Notes under the pieces: generated by a model
What the model was told of the DNA's origin: nothing
Databases searched by the model: none
The model's input: the letters and a program-made list of their open reading frames with translations, nothing else
NCBI GenBank assembly: GCA_964016885.1
Contig: OZ024740.1
Coordinates: forward strand, 92,814,001-92,878,000
Direction of reading: 5' to 3'
DNA from: Eledone cirrhosa
Taxonomy: Eukaryota
Length of the DNA stretch: 64,000 bases
Made by a program: the position numbers and the translations under genes
In this document: positions 44,504 through 60,672 of the stretch, piece after piece
Numbering within the stretch: position 1 is the first letter of the stretch
How the letters are laid out: each line of letters starts with the position of its first letter

Positions 44504-46787
44504 ATACTTTGGGAGGGTCATGTTGCCAATAAGAAACACACGCACCAGTTGCTTTCACTTCAATTTATTATAATAAATTTATAAATTTATAGATTTATAA
44601 ATTTCTGGTTGGTTGGTTGGTTCCACAACCAGATAGTTGTTTATATATAGTCATAGTTCTTTCGTCACACACTATGTGACCTATTCAGTGACTGGGGATT
44701 CCTTTCTTTGTTTCTGGGCCTCTCCTTTGTTCTGTCCTACGCCATTTTGTTTCTGTGTGTGTGTTGTGTGCTCAGTCTGCGCATGCGCCACATCCGGGTG
44801 TCTGTGTGTGTTTATGTTCATTTATTGATTTGTTTATTTACATGTTACTGGTTGGTTATTTGTTCTATGTGTAAGACCAGCAAGAGGCAGACCACCTACC
44901 ATTACCTCAATGGCCAAGAAAACCCACACAGATGGATGGAACGGGTGGACCGGAGCCAGACGGACATCCGAAAACCACGATGAACTGAAGAAAATGATTG
45001 CACATGCGGTAGGGGCCAGCATTAAACTAACCCTTAAGGAACATATGTTCAAATTTAATGGAAAAACATATGCCCAAGAGAAAGGAGCATCCATTGGTGT
45101 TAGCATTGCTGGCGACATAGCTAACTTATTCATGGTATGGTGGGACAGTAGACTTAAACTTAAACTTAAAGAACAACTAGAAGACCCCTTAACCCTGATA
45201 ATGTACTCCCGCTACGTTGATGATATAAACATCGTAGTTAAGACACCACCACTAGAGAACAGTCAGGAACTAGAGAAGAACACAATGGAAAGTATCCAGC
45301 AAATAGCTAACTCCATCCACCAGAGCATTAGAGTTACTATAGACTACCCAAGTAAACACCCCAACCATTGATTACCTGTACTAGACACAGAGCTCTGGTT
45401 AGATACCATTAATAACAAAAAACAAATCCTCCATTCCCATTATGCCAAACCCATGACTTCCAAACATCTGATCCACCGAAACTTGGCCGTTTCGGACCAT
45501 ACCAAAATCAACATACTGATTGCGGATTTGGTACGGGTGATGAGTAACGTGTCCCGCATGTGCAACCCCGAAGAACTAGAGAGACACGTACAACACTTCA
45601 TACACCGTATGCAGTTCTCTGGCTACAATCAGAGAGATAAAATCAGAGTGTATAGAGGAGCCAGAACTGAATGGGGAAAACATGGTAAATAATGACATAA
45701 ATGTGACCTGTCCCTTGTATAGGAGCAAATTTTGGAATAGAATAGAAAGAACTAGGAACAAGGCTAATAGAATAAACTCATGGTATGATAGCAATAAATA
45801 CCAGAGTGTAACGTTCATCGATACAACCCCTAGAGGTGAATTAGCTTACAAATTTAGAGGGGCCCTAAATAAACATAAGCTCAATATTAAGATAGTAGAA
45901 ATACCAGGTACCTCCGTACAAAGACTTATTAGCAAGACATACCCTTTTCAAAGACCCTCATGTATAGATAAGAAATGTATAACCTGTAAAATAAGCCCCC
46001 ATATTAACTGTGAAACTAGAAATGTAGTGTATAGCATGAGATGTACTGAAGGACAATGTATAGACAAAAATATAGTGTACATAGGTGAGACAGCTCGTAG
46101 TGTAGGGGAACGGATAAATGAACACTGGTGAGACCTTCAAGATAGTAAAGAATCATCTGTACTCTACCAACATGCTAAAATAGAACACAAGGGTAAATTA
46201 GAGAACATAGAAATAAAAATAGAATCTACACACAGAAAAGACGCAATGTTTAGACAAATTACAGAGGCAATAAACATAAAAGAATTACAACCAAAATTAA
46301 ATAGAAAATATGAGTGGAACAGCAACATCACAACTTACAATTAAGGACAAAATGAAAACACACACACACATATTAGAAACAACCAACCAGTAACATGTAA
46401 ATAAACAAATAAATAAATGAACATAAACACACACAGACACCCGGATGTGGCGCATGCGCAGACTGAGCACACAACACACACAAATAAACAAAATGGCGTA
46501 TGACAGAACAAAGGAGATGCACAGAAACAAAGAAAGGAATCCCCAGTCACTGAATAGGTCACAGAGTGTGTGACGTTAGAACTATGACTATATATAAACA
46601 ATTATCTGGTTGTGGAACCAACCAACCAGAAATTTATAAATTTATAAATTTATTATAATAGATTGAAGTGAAAGCTAATGGTGCGTGTGTTTCTTATTAG
46701 CAACATGACCCTCCCAAAGTATAACAATATCGGTTTCAACACACGATTTGAGTTAAAGAATCCTGCTAAACAAATTCAGAAACGAAA
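44499..46787 (+). mobile_element. Penelope-like element C2, 5'-truncated, with inverted 3' arm (44499-44872)
   Basis: Termini as at 38012-38824; RT and GIY-YIG in body. Confidence 0.92.
44873..46340 (+). pseudogene. PLE C2 RT plus GIY-YIG, interrupted by stops and a frameshift
   Basis: ORFs 44910-45371 (GASIGVSIAGDIANLFM, YSRYVDD), 45453-45692 and 45682-46131 (VVYSMRC, YIGETARS); paralogous to C1. Confidence 0.92.
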
Positions 46788-46853
46788 TATATATATATAT
46801 ATATATATATATGCATATATGTATGTGTATGTGTGTATGTATGTGTGTATATG

Positions 46854-46937
<84 letters not shown>

Positions 46938-46947
<10 letters not shown>

Positions 46948-47572
46948 GTGTGTGTCCGCATGTATATGTGTGTTTCTAAATATATTGTTAATAACTCCCT
47001 CTGGTCGAGCAATCTTTGAAGTGTGGGGACAACTGGAAAGCTTCCATTACTCATACTTCTCGCCTTCTTCACCACCTCTTCTACGGCCTCGATATGAATA
47101 CCCCCTCCGCCTCCGTGGTATTTTCTTCGTGGTTATAGGAGGCTTAGCTGAGTTTCTCGACCGTTATATCGCGTGACTATCTCCACCTCCGCCTTTTGGG
47201 ATTCTTTCTCACGTCGTGTGGACGCGTTCTTGAGACTAGTAAAATGAGGTATCCTCTTGATAAGTCGGCAGACCTCGCAGGGACTCTATATCTTTGATAT
47301 ATTGTTTTTGTTTATGCCACGAAACTACGTAATCGAGGAATTTAGGAGCAGTTTAGGTATGATACATTTTATTACTAATTATATCTAAATGTTTCTTCTC
47401 TCTTCATAATGTATTTTTAACTCTGATACTGGTTCAGTCTAGTTCAACTGAATTGGTCTGTCCCAGTCATTCATTGAGCAACATCGGTGAAGTTGGTACC
47501 CTTAACTCACAGTTGGGTGCGGATGCATTCATGTATATATGTGTGTGTCCGCATGTATCTGTGTGTTTCTAA

Positions 47573-47578
<6 letters not shown>
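46938..47578 (+). mobile_element. Family F monomer with terminal redundancy of about 45 bp, circularly permuted relative to 18087-19198
   Basis: tgtatatatgtgtgtgtccgcatgtat..gtgtgtttctaaatatatt at both ends; reads through the point where the 18087 copy ends. Confidence 0.85.
47252..47339 (+). ncRNA. Hammerhead with U3-A8 core, family F (third copy)
   Basis: tcctc-TTGATAA-gtcggca...tgccac-GAAA-ctacgtaa-TC-gagga. Confidence 0.7.
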
Positions 47579-47670
<92 letters not shown>

Positions 47671-47675
47671 TATGT

Positions 47676-48186
47676 AAATGGAATAGAATGAAACGAAATT
47701 TCATTTCTCACTCTTAGTACGGCACTTACTTAAATGTAAGTATGTATGTATACGTACATACATATATGTATACAGACGTACAGTAGCATGTATATATATA
47801 TACATACAGGCACACATATATATATGCTCGTATCAGTTTACCGAACATTTATTATAATGCTCAGTTTGTTCGTTTGTAAACAAACAAACAGCCTGAATTA
47901 CGCCGTACAGTGTTTAGGCAACCACGTCACCTTTTTGTTCAACACTGACAGAGGAACGATGTACTAGTTTCAAGCTTATTAGCTATCATCAGCACCGTAT
48001 ACCTTTCTGCCAGATGGTTGAACGTCCGAAAGTATATACTTTACTTATGAAAATTAACGGCTGAGCAGCCTAATTTGCATATCGACTGATACGTGCATAT
48101 ATATATGTGTGCCTGTATGTATCTATATACATGCTATTGTACGTCTGTATACATATATGTATGTACGTATACATACATACTTACAT
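47676..48186 (-). mobile_element. Family G non-coding insert with inverted short arm (48090-48186)
   Basis: 48090-48186 mirrors 47733-47830; bounded by (TA)n. Confidence 0.75.
47957..47997 (-). ncRNA. Minimal hammerhead, family G
   Basis: Reverse complement cggug-CUGAUGA-uagcu aaua agcuu-GAAA-cuag-UA-caucg; palindromic ACUAGU. Confidence 0.8.
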
Positions 48187-48237
48187 ATATATGTATATAT
48201 ATATGTATGTGTGTGTATATGTGTGTGTGTGTGTATA

Positions 48238-48309
<72 letters not shown>

Positions 48310-48399
48310 GTGTATGTGTGTATGTGTATATATATATGTGTGTGTATGTGTGTATATATGTATATATGTGTACATGTGTGTGTGTGTATATATATATAT

Positions 48400-48473
<74 letters not shown>

Positions 48474-48982
48474 GTGTATGTGTATATGTGTATGTGTGTG
48501 TGTTTATGGGTGCGCTCGAGTGTGTGAGTGAGTGTGTTTGTGAATGTGCCTGTTGATTTTCTGCATATAGTGAATAGCTTAAGAGAAATTTGAGGATAAT
48601 TCTATGATATGCACTCAATATTTTGAATTTGTCTACAGAAATCTCTAAACCTTTTTCACTTAGTAGAACCTTAAATAATTTAGTTTTTAAAGAATCTCCC
48701 TTTCCTTTAAATCTATCTACCAAGACTGACCGCCACTGATCTTATAGACAGCTGTTAGCTTAAGTGAAACTTAATAATAAGGAGTGGCACCCCATCCTGA
48801 ACCTGTTTATAGAATTCTTTCTGCCTTTGTTACTCTAAAAATAAAAATTAAACTATTGCTTTGTAGAATTAGCTTTTAATGAATTCCCTTTTCTATCAAC
48901 CAATGACCTACACCCATCCCACTCCCCACCTCTCCTACCACTTGTAGGGACCTATAAATACCATAATTATTTTTGATTCCCA

Positions 48983-49031
48983 GATTCCTGATGATTTCTA
49001 AAGAATGAAACAGTTCAATACCTGTAGAATC
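48983..49031 (+). ncRNA. Hammerhead ribozyme, family J (right arm)
   Basis: gattc-CTGATGA-tttc taaa gaat-GAAA-cag ttcaatac ctg-TA-gaatc. Confidence 0.85.
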
Positions 49032-49114
49032 TCATCTATATTAAAACTTTTATACTCCGCAATGTATTGAGTCCCTTACTTACTGTGGTTACCTCCGATT
49101 CAACCCGGAATAAC

Positions 49115-49180
<66 letters not shown>

Positions 49181-49654
49181 ATGTATGTGTGTATATATAC
49201 ATATGCCGAAATCATATTGAGGTGCATAATAAAATGCCACGTATTGGAAATGTTTCTTGTGTACCTCAAAGTATTAATTGATAAAATATTTATATCACCG
49301 ATAATCTGTCTTCAAAGCATACCTGTATGCTTAACACACATACATACATATAATAATTCAAACATACATGTATGCATTTATAAATCATCAACTGTTGAAT
49401 GATGTGAATAGCATCCTGTCTTCTTAAAATGAGAGCTGATGGGAAAAGCTGTAATTATTTGCAAGATTAAAAGCCATATAAGATCGCAACACACAGAAGC
49501 CACAACCTGATGCTGTTCTATATCTATACCGAATCATGGGGTGGCTGCCGTCACACACACGCACGGACGCATACACACACACACATACACGCATACATAC
49601 ACACACGCGCATACTCACACAAACACACGCACATACACACACATACATACATAC

Positions 49655-49704
<50 letters not shown>

Positions 49705-49738
49705 GAAAGGTATAGACAAAAAAATATATATATATAAT

Positions 49739-49807
<69 letters not shown>

Positions 49808-49974
49808 AAGCTCTGAAGGATAACCTGGTCGGGTGTACCAAAATAGTTTAATGACAGGAAACTTCTTGTTGAGTCAAACATCGCCGTACGTTAAATCTAT
49901 TCTCAGTACAGAGTACTCACAATATGTAACTGGATTAGCTTAAACGATAACTTGTTATTCTTGTTATTTTATAT

Positions 49975-50072
<98 letters not shown>

Positions 50073-50149
50073 TATATAGCAGCGGGCAGATTGTGCTCTA
50101 CTCATTGATGGATGTACACAACGTTATACCTGTCTGAATAATTTGCCAT

Positions 50150-51300
50150 AGTTAAAATATTTTAGCAGAATATGATGCTTTGCGTCATCTTTTATTTTAC
50201 AAAGTTTTCTCGATGAGTGTGTGTCTTCATTGGTGCTATATGTTTTGTATATGTACCCTTATTCTATAAAATACACAATTAATTTTTGAGAATACATAGT
50301 GTGTTGAGTGATTCTAGAAAACCTTTGTTTAGGTAACGTCAAACTGGCTTTGAAGGCTCTTTAATATTCTCTGTGATTCATCACTGTATACCATCTTCCT
50401 GTCGATTTTAATATTAAGGGCACACCTCATATCTTGATTAACATTGTTTTTTATTTTGTTTCTATTCTGTTTCCTGTCCTGTTAGTTTGTGCTAAATGAG
50501 CATCACGATTCTTGACCGAATCTTATAGTGAGGCTCCCAAATCCCTGAATACTTTCACCACTTATGTTTTTTATGATACTGATGGCGACTGGAAACAGAT
50601 TAACATAGATGAATTCACTTTTTGTCTTATTTAGGTGTAGGGAGATTTGTGTAACTGGACATATCCACTAAAGTAAACAGTACTTTGCTTTATTGGCTAC
50701 ATCAGGTAATAACATAACATCATCTGCTGCAGTATAGTTTTATATTTTGTCTGTTCTTTTGTAACTTTATCTTTTCTCGTTGTGGATACACATGTATTTG
50801 TGAACCAATTTACAAATAAATTTGCAAATTGGAGCCTTTCCGTATCCGTTGAATAGGAATTGTGGGAAGCGAGGAAAATGACATTATTTGAAAGAAATAC
50901 TTTGTCAGACGCAAAGAGTCAGTCGGGGCGCTATCATGATATATTATGTGAAGCACAACAATCTTATATTTTTCCGCAAGATGTTTCAGAAAAACGAATT
51001 TGGTCTTCCTGGTAGTATTCGTTTGTAATTGCGTGTAATTCTCATGCCTAATATTGATCCACAACGCGTCGATATTTGAATGAGATATACTATTGGTTGC
51101 CTTTGCGAATGATATGATCCTCTTGTTCTTGATGTTTGGTTGCATTCTCTTCGAAAATTCCATCAGAGTAATATGTAATGTTTTGCTTGTACTGTAAGGA
51201 AATAATTTACGGCGGATCCTTGTTGTTCGTTGTTATAAATCGATGGGTAACTTTCATGTTTGTGAGGTAAAACTGGATTCTCAAATATCTAATGATGATA
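50150..51300 (-). mobile_element. Decayed RTE-type LINE RT fragment
   Basis: Reverse complement near 50730-50620 gives ADDVMLL and LNKTKSEF; many stops. Confidence 0.5.
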
Positions 51301-52950
51301 CTGCCTTCCAAAATTACACAAACGTATAAGCGCACTATTCTTCACGAATGCCAACATCGATGACCACCTCTTAGTTGATCGGTATATTATCAGTTACTAT
51401 CAAATACATATTCCATACGAATTAATATTAATCTGACAATGTTATGATTCCCATAATTTCGATAGTTAAACATTCAACAAGTAATAATATATAACATATA
51501 AACACAGTTTCCAATCCAATTTTACTTGTAAAAGTGCTTAAAGAATGAATTACATTCTGATCATTCCTTTTCAGTCTCTAGGAGAGTTAACTAATATTAT
51601 CCCTTGCACTATTAAGTCAAGACGCTCGTATATACACGATCACGCACAAACACACACATGCACGCGTGCACACACACACAGACACAAACACATAAAAGAT
51701 ACAGACAAGCGGAAATACGTTAACACCTGAACAAGGACATACGCATATTCTTAATCAGAAAAGCCTTTTACATGAGTAATCCATAAAACTTATCTAACAT
51801 GTATAAATGTATGTTAAGTTCTAAGGATATATATTCTGGTCTTCTTTGTGGGTTTCACTCAAATACAAAAGTTCTAAATACATCATAAATGATGAGCTTA
51901 TTGAATCATGGATCATATGGCAAATGGGGTTTTGACATTAATCTGGTATTGAACAACAGACCATACACTCATTTGTAACGTTACATGTAATGCATGGTTC
52001 TCGGGATAAATCGAGACAAAAAATAATGTATGAACTCTTGTAAATTTTCCGGTCATTTTTGGTATACGCTTTATCGACTTTCTCTGATAAAAATGCTATT
52101 TCCTGCAAAAAGCCTGAGTTCTTCATATCAGATTCATTCGCTTCCTACCCATTTTACAGCAATTTATATTCAGCTGTTTTAGATGGTCGCCTATGTGATT
52201 CAAATTGTTCCTATTTGATTATTTCGGCATCTAGTCCAATATACGTATTATTTTCCTGGTTAAACCTCACTTGTATAAATCAGGTAAAACATTATTAATT
52301 ACTCATTATTTATTTTATAATGTCCCTCTGCTTATTATGAAAGAATATGTTGAAATGTTTTTCCAAGATAAGTAATGTACAGTAATATAAAGTGATCAAA
52401 TCAGTTACTAAAGGAATTCAGCCGGGTGCTGAAACATGACACAAAATGCAACGTAAGAACCTTGGCTTGCGACAGGTAAATTGGGCAGTGAGAAAGTAGT
52501 AGATTAAATGAAGAATGGAGATTATGAAAAAACTTCGTCTAGGTAAACAAAATTAATTATGAGTGAGACCATTCATGAATTAATTACGTACGTTGTAATG
52601 TTAAAATATAAAGAAACATCCAGAAGCCATTACAGCAACATTCGTTAAGCCAATTTTTCCGAAATATGTGTTGCTAATATCTAATGGGGTATGACGTTAA
52701 TACATTTTTTTGTAGGAACAAATATGTTTTATTTTATTTTAATGTTATGTTATTTTAATTGGTTGTTATACACGCACTCACATTTGTTTATACAAATATT
52801 TATTTCATATATTCCTATGCAATCCTCACGAATGTACATTGTGGATGATTCCATCCGAATGAGACAGTTCTAATACTGTAGAACACATTTGTATATATAT
52901 ATAATAAATGTGCCTATACAAAACCAATGACTTCAGTATATATATATATT

Positions 52951-55180
<2,230 letters not shown>

Positions 55181-55181
55181 T

Positions 55182-55222
<41 letters not shown>

Positions 55223-55359
55223 ATATATATATGCGTGTGTGTGTGTATGTGTGTATATTGCCGACTTGTGTCATATGTAATCACATTTAAAAGAGTACTG
55301 AACACATTGGATTTTGTATAAGCATATTTATTATGTATACAGATATATTTTACAGGATA

Positions 55360-56348
<989 letters not shown>

Positions 56349-56351
<3 letters not shown>

Positions 56352-56541
56352 AAACAGTTTAACCTCGATGGCAGAGGTCAAGCTGTTTTGACGACTATTT
56401 CAGGAATCCAGAGATAGCCGTCGAAACGGCTTGAGCTCTGCCGTCGGGGTTAAACTTTTTCCTATTACCAACTCTTCAACCCTAAATATTGAGTACTCTG
56501 GTGAGTGTTGGTCCATCTGGTTCCTTACCACACCTCCTTCG

Positions 56542-56543
<2 letters not shown>
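56349..56543. mobile_element. Family O 3'-tip fold-back insert (copy 2)
   Basis: tagccgtcgaaacggcttgagctctgccgtcggggt; same long and short ends as copy 1. Confidence 0.75.
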
Positions 56544-56618
<75 letters not shown>

Positions 56619-56640
56619 TACATGTATATGCATATATATG

Positions 56641-56715
<75 letters not shown>

Positions 56716-56834
56716 AGAACAAAAAAAAGATGGTTAAAAGAGTTCCAAGTATATTATTATGCGCATTTCAAAAAAAAATATCATCATTAGATAAAATCTG
56801 CATTTTCATCAGATAGAATAGGCATACATGATAT

Positions 56835-57032
56835 ATCTATCTATCTAAGGCGGGTAAAATTCCCGAGATCCATGGCCGAGTTCTCTCCAGCGGTCTCTGT
56901 CCCTCATTATCGCTGCCATATCCTGCATCTCCAACAGACCAGTGTCTGTCCTTAGGGCATCAACATATGTTGGTCTTCCTCTTCTAGTGTGTCAATGTAG
57001 GGGCTCCCAAAGGAGCACTGAGTGCAATGTCA
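56835..57032 (-). mobile_element. RTE-type LINE 3' end nested in PLE K, (TAGA)n tail, 9-bp TSD
   Basis: LLWEPLH..RRGRPTYVDALRTDTGL...MRDRDRWRE; acatgatat at 56826-56834 and 57033-57041. Confidence 0.8.
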
Positions 57033-58109
57033 ACATGATATGAAGGTTAAAAAACACTTGTGAATAACGAAGTTTTAAATGAACATATGAAACATAATTT
57101 AAGATTGATGTTTGATATTGGGAAAAAGTGAGGGGTGTGGAAAAGGTAGAGAAGAGGAGGAGATGAGCGTAAATAATGGTGGGGAAGCAGTATAAGAAGG
57201 AAGGAAGAGAGAGGAGGAGAGATGGGTGATAGAGAGAGAGAGAGATAGCCTTTACAACTGAGAAAAATATGTCTCACAGAGAGAAGTTAAAAAGCCGTTG
57301 GAAGATAATAGATAATTTCAAAGAATTTGAAATTAAAAGTATTATTAAATGTATTATTGAAAAGTATTATTAAATGTATTATTAAAATAAAAATATTAAT
57401 TTGTTTAAGGATATAATGTGAAAAGAGGTAGAAGAATGGATGAGTTATGAATTTAGAGGGCTGAGTTAGTGTTTAAGTTTGTTTTTTATGTAATGTAATA
57501 TGTGTGCGTAATATATGTACGTAAATAGTTTGTTTAAAAATGAGCGCAGAAAGCAAAGAAGAAAAGAATGTTTAAGGAAGAAAATATCTAACATCAAAAA
57601 ATATATATGTTTACGAAATATTTTCGAATGGTAATAATATAATATATTAAAAGAAATTAGTTTGCGTTTAAATTTGTTTTTATGTATTGTAATATGTAAA
57701 AGTCAAACGAGCATGAAAGGAAGAGATAAGGAAATTTAAGAAAGAAAAATCTAACGTAAAAAAAAAAATGTTTATGTTTACGAAGGACTATTAAAGGTAA
57801 TACTATAATGTATTAAAAAAGATAAGAATAATTGTTATGGCCAATGATATGAAGAAAGGTGGAAGAATGGATAATGTTGTGGTGATTAATAATAATAATT
57901 GAGAAGTAGTTAGGAAGAAAAATTATAGATTAGAGGTTAGAAATTAAAAAGAAAAAAGAAAAGAGGAAGAAAGGAAATGATGAAGAGGAATGAGTAACTT
58001 GTATTATATAATATATAATACATAATATTGAAATAAGGTAGAAAGATGGGTATATTTAAAAAAAATATATAAGGCTTTGAGAAAAAGGATTTTAAACTAG
58101 TAAGCTATT

Positions 58110-60075
58110 AGATATTAGTTGTATACTTTATGGAATGTTTTGTGGAATTTATGCAAGCAGAGTGAAAATAAATCAGTGCGTCTATTTATTATAGAATTTA
58201 AATTAGATATAATGGTAAATTTCTCACATAGGCAAATATTACATGTTCTGGATAGGGAATAATTCAGGTAAGGAAAGGCGTTGCAAACCTTCCTCCAAGG
58301 GATGTTATAGTTAATATTTTTGTCTTTCCAGGACCATGTGAGTTATGAGAGTGCCGTGTTAGTTCTTTTAATTTGGTAGTTAAAAGATGAATTGTGATTA
58401 TAAAATCTCGCTTTGAAGGAGGTGGAAGTGGAACCGAAATAGACTAAGTTTTTTTCAAGACAATGGTTATTGAGAGGACATTTAGTTCTAACAGGGCAAT
58501 TACAATTGCGATTAGAGAAATTAACAGAGTTATTAACAAGTGATCTATAGGAGGAATTGGATTGGAGAAGTTATTTACGATAGGAATAATTGTTTCCTGA
58601 TTTAGATTGGTATTATGAACATTCAACGAAGTTACGTTGACGTCGTATTTGAGTTTGCAGCATATAGCCTAGAGTTAACAATGACGTCGGGAGTACTACT
58701 GCTATCATTATGACACTCAGTGTTGGACGGATGTGATTTAATATTTAATATTTTATTGTTGTGTTTAGATGTTAGAGATGTTAGAGGAGGTGGAATAGGA
58801 AATTGTTATTGTATGTTTGTTAAAGATTTTACTATAGATATGTGAGGGAGGGAAGCATTTATGTAACGCCCTAAATAATATTTTAGGAATATTATTATTA
58901 ATAGAAATAGAGAAAGGAGCATTATACCAGATTATATTTTTGTATCTAGGTCTTTTATTTAAGTTATTGGAATGATCATAATTAATGATTTTACTGTGAG
59001 ACCTTCTAGGATTGGTTTCTTTGCTGTATTTAATTGTATCAGGATAACCGGCTTTAGAAAGCGCATCGTTATAGTAATTGGCGTAAGCATCAAATATATT
59101 TTTATTAGAGGATAGGTTTGATATTCTTTTTCCAATATTACTGACTATAGCATTTTTAATGTTAGTGGGGTGGTTAGATTTAAAATTAACATAATTTAGA
59201 TTCTCATTGTTTTTATGGTAAGGGTAATATAGGCCAGTGTCAAGAAGTTAGCTAGTTTAACGTTGTTATCAAATTCGATTTTAAGGTTATGTTGCTTAAA
59301 GAGATCACGTATATTGTTCTTTCTAATATTAAGGTTAACTAAATTGCAATTTAAGATAGTAAAAAGTCCATCGTCACGATAAATTCCACCGCGAAGTTGA
59401 GGAATTTTCCGATTTAAAGAATTCAAAATAATAATACGAATCAAATCAGTCAATTGCGATGAATCGGAAGCAACCATTGTGATATCAAACTTGTTGGAAG
59501 TATCAGCTCTAGTCCAGTATCCATTGCTGAATTCTAAGATGGTTTTTCTTGCGGTGAGAATGATGTGAAATTCATCTGTGGTGATACCAGAATATTTAAA
59601 TGCGAAAGATAGAGCATTGTTGAGAAGAGAAGGCGAAATAGAAGAATAGTAACTGGCAATGTCAAACGGATTAAATTTTTGTTTTTTTTTCTTATTCAGG
59701 TTTTTGAACGAGCTAATTACTACAGATATACCAAACCATAAATTTAAGTTAGAAATAGAGCAATTAGAACTAACCTGTGGGATAATTCTATCCAAGATGG
59801 CTTTACTAACAACCCCCAGATCTGATTTAGAGGGGGCGATTTGTCTCAGGTAGTTCCGTTCGAAAATTACTTTTATGATCCTTTTATGATCCTCGGGGTT
59901 CTTGGGAGGAATGGTTCAGTCTTTTTTTCAATGCCAACTTTTGACATAATCTCAGAAGCTTCACAGTTTATAGATTCCAAATTGTCATGGTTAGTTTTAC
60001 AATATTTCTTCCTTAGTTCTTTAAGGATAAGGTTATAGTTATTCCTAGATACACCATATACATTATTAGTTTTGT
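58110..60075 (-). pseudogene. PLE K RT plus GIY-YIG pseudogene
   Basis: ORF 59196-59795: FDIASYYSSIS, FDITM.ASDS, GGIYRDDGL, ANFL; downstream WYNAPFS and CNC..CPL motifs with frameshifts. Confidence 0.9.
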
Positions 60076-60160
60076 CGGAATACTCCAGTCCTATAAACTG
60101 TAGAGTGCTACTTATCCGATATTTGCATTGCTTTATTGTGCTACAATAAAACTCACCTCC

Positions 60161-60270
<110 letters not shown>

Positions 60271-60512
60271 TAACAAAGGAATTGTGGTAAGGAACCAAAT
60301 GGACCATAACTCACCAGAGTACTCAATACGTAGGAAAGTAGAGTAGGAAATAGGAAAAAGAATGACCCCGCCGGCAGAGGTCAAGCCGTTTTGAGGGTAA
60401 TTTCTGGACTAAATTAGAATTTTTAGCCTGGCTATTTATTTACCAGGCTAAACATTCTAATTTAGTCCAGAAATAGCCGTCGAAACGACTTGAGGTCTGC
60501 CGTCGGGGTCAT
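60271..60512. mobile_element. Family O 3'-tip fold-back insert (copy 3)
   Basis: tctggactaaattagaat / attctaatttagtccaga hairpin; same long end as the other copies. Confidence 0.75.
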
Positions 60513-60533
60513 AATATTTATATATATAATATT

Positions 60534-60599
<66 letters not shown>

Positions 60600-60627
60600 T
60601 TATACGTGTGTATGTGTCCGTGATCGT

Positions 60628-60672
<45 letters not shown>

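Larger units (their letters stand above)
39371..49116 (+). mobile_element. Penelope-like element J, split by four nested insertions
   Basis: Inverted arm 39371-39950 is the reverse complement of 48480-49038; coding remnant 39955-41070; tail 49039-49116. Confidence 0.75.

Noticed and set aside
45369-46131. In-frame TGA codons in PLE C2 as possible selenocysteine (as in Naiad PLEs)
   Set aside because: They align to Arg and Gly in C1, not Cys; the copy is also frameshifted and the GIY-YIG is C-terminal
51790-52300. Possible host exon (ORFs 51938-52126 and 52059-52298)
   Set aside because: No recognisable domain, frames interrupted, no supported splice sites
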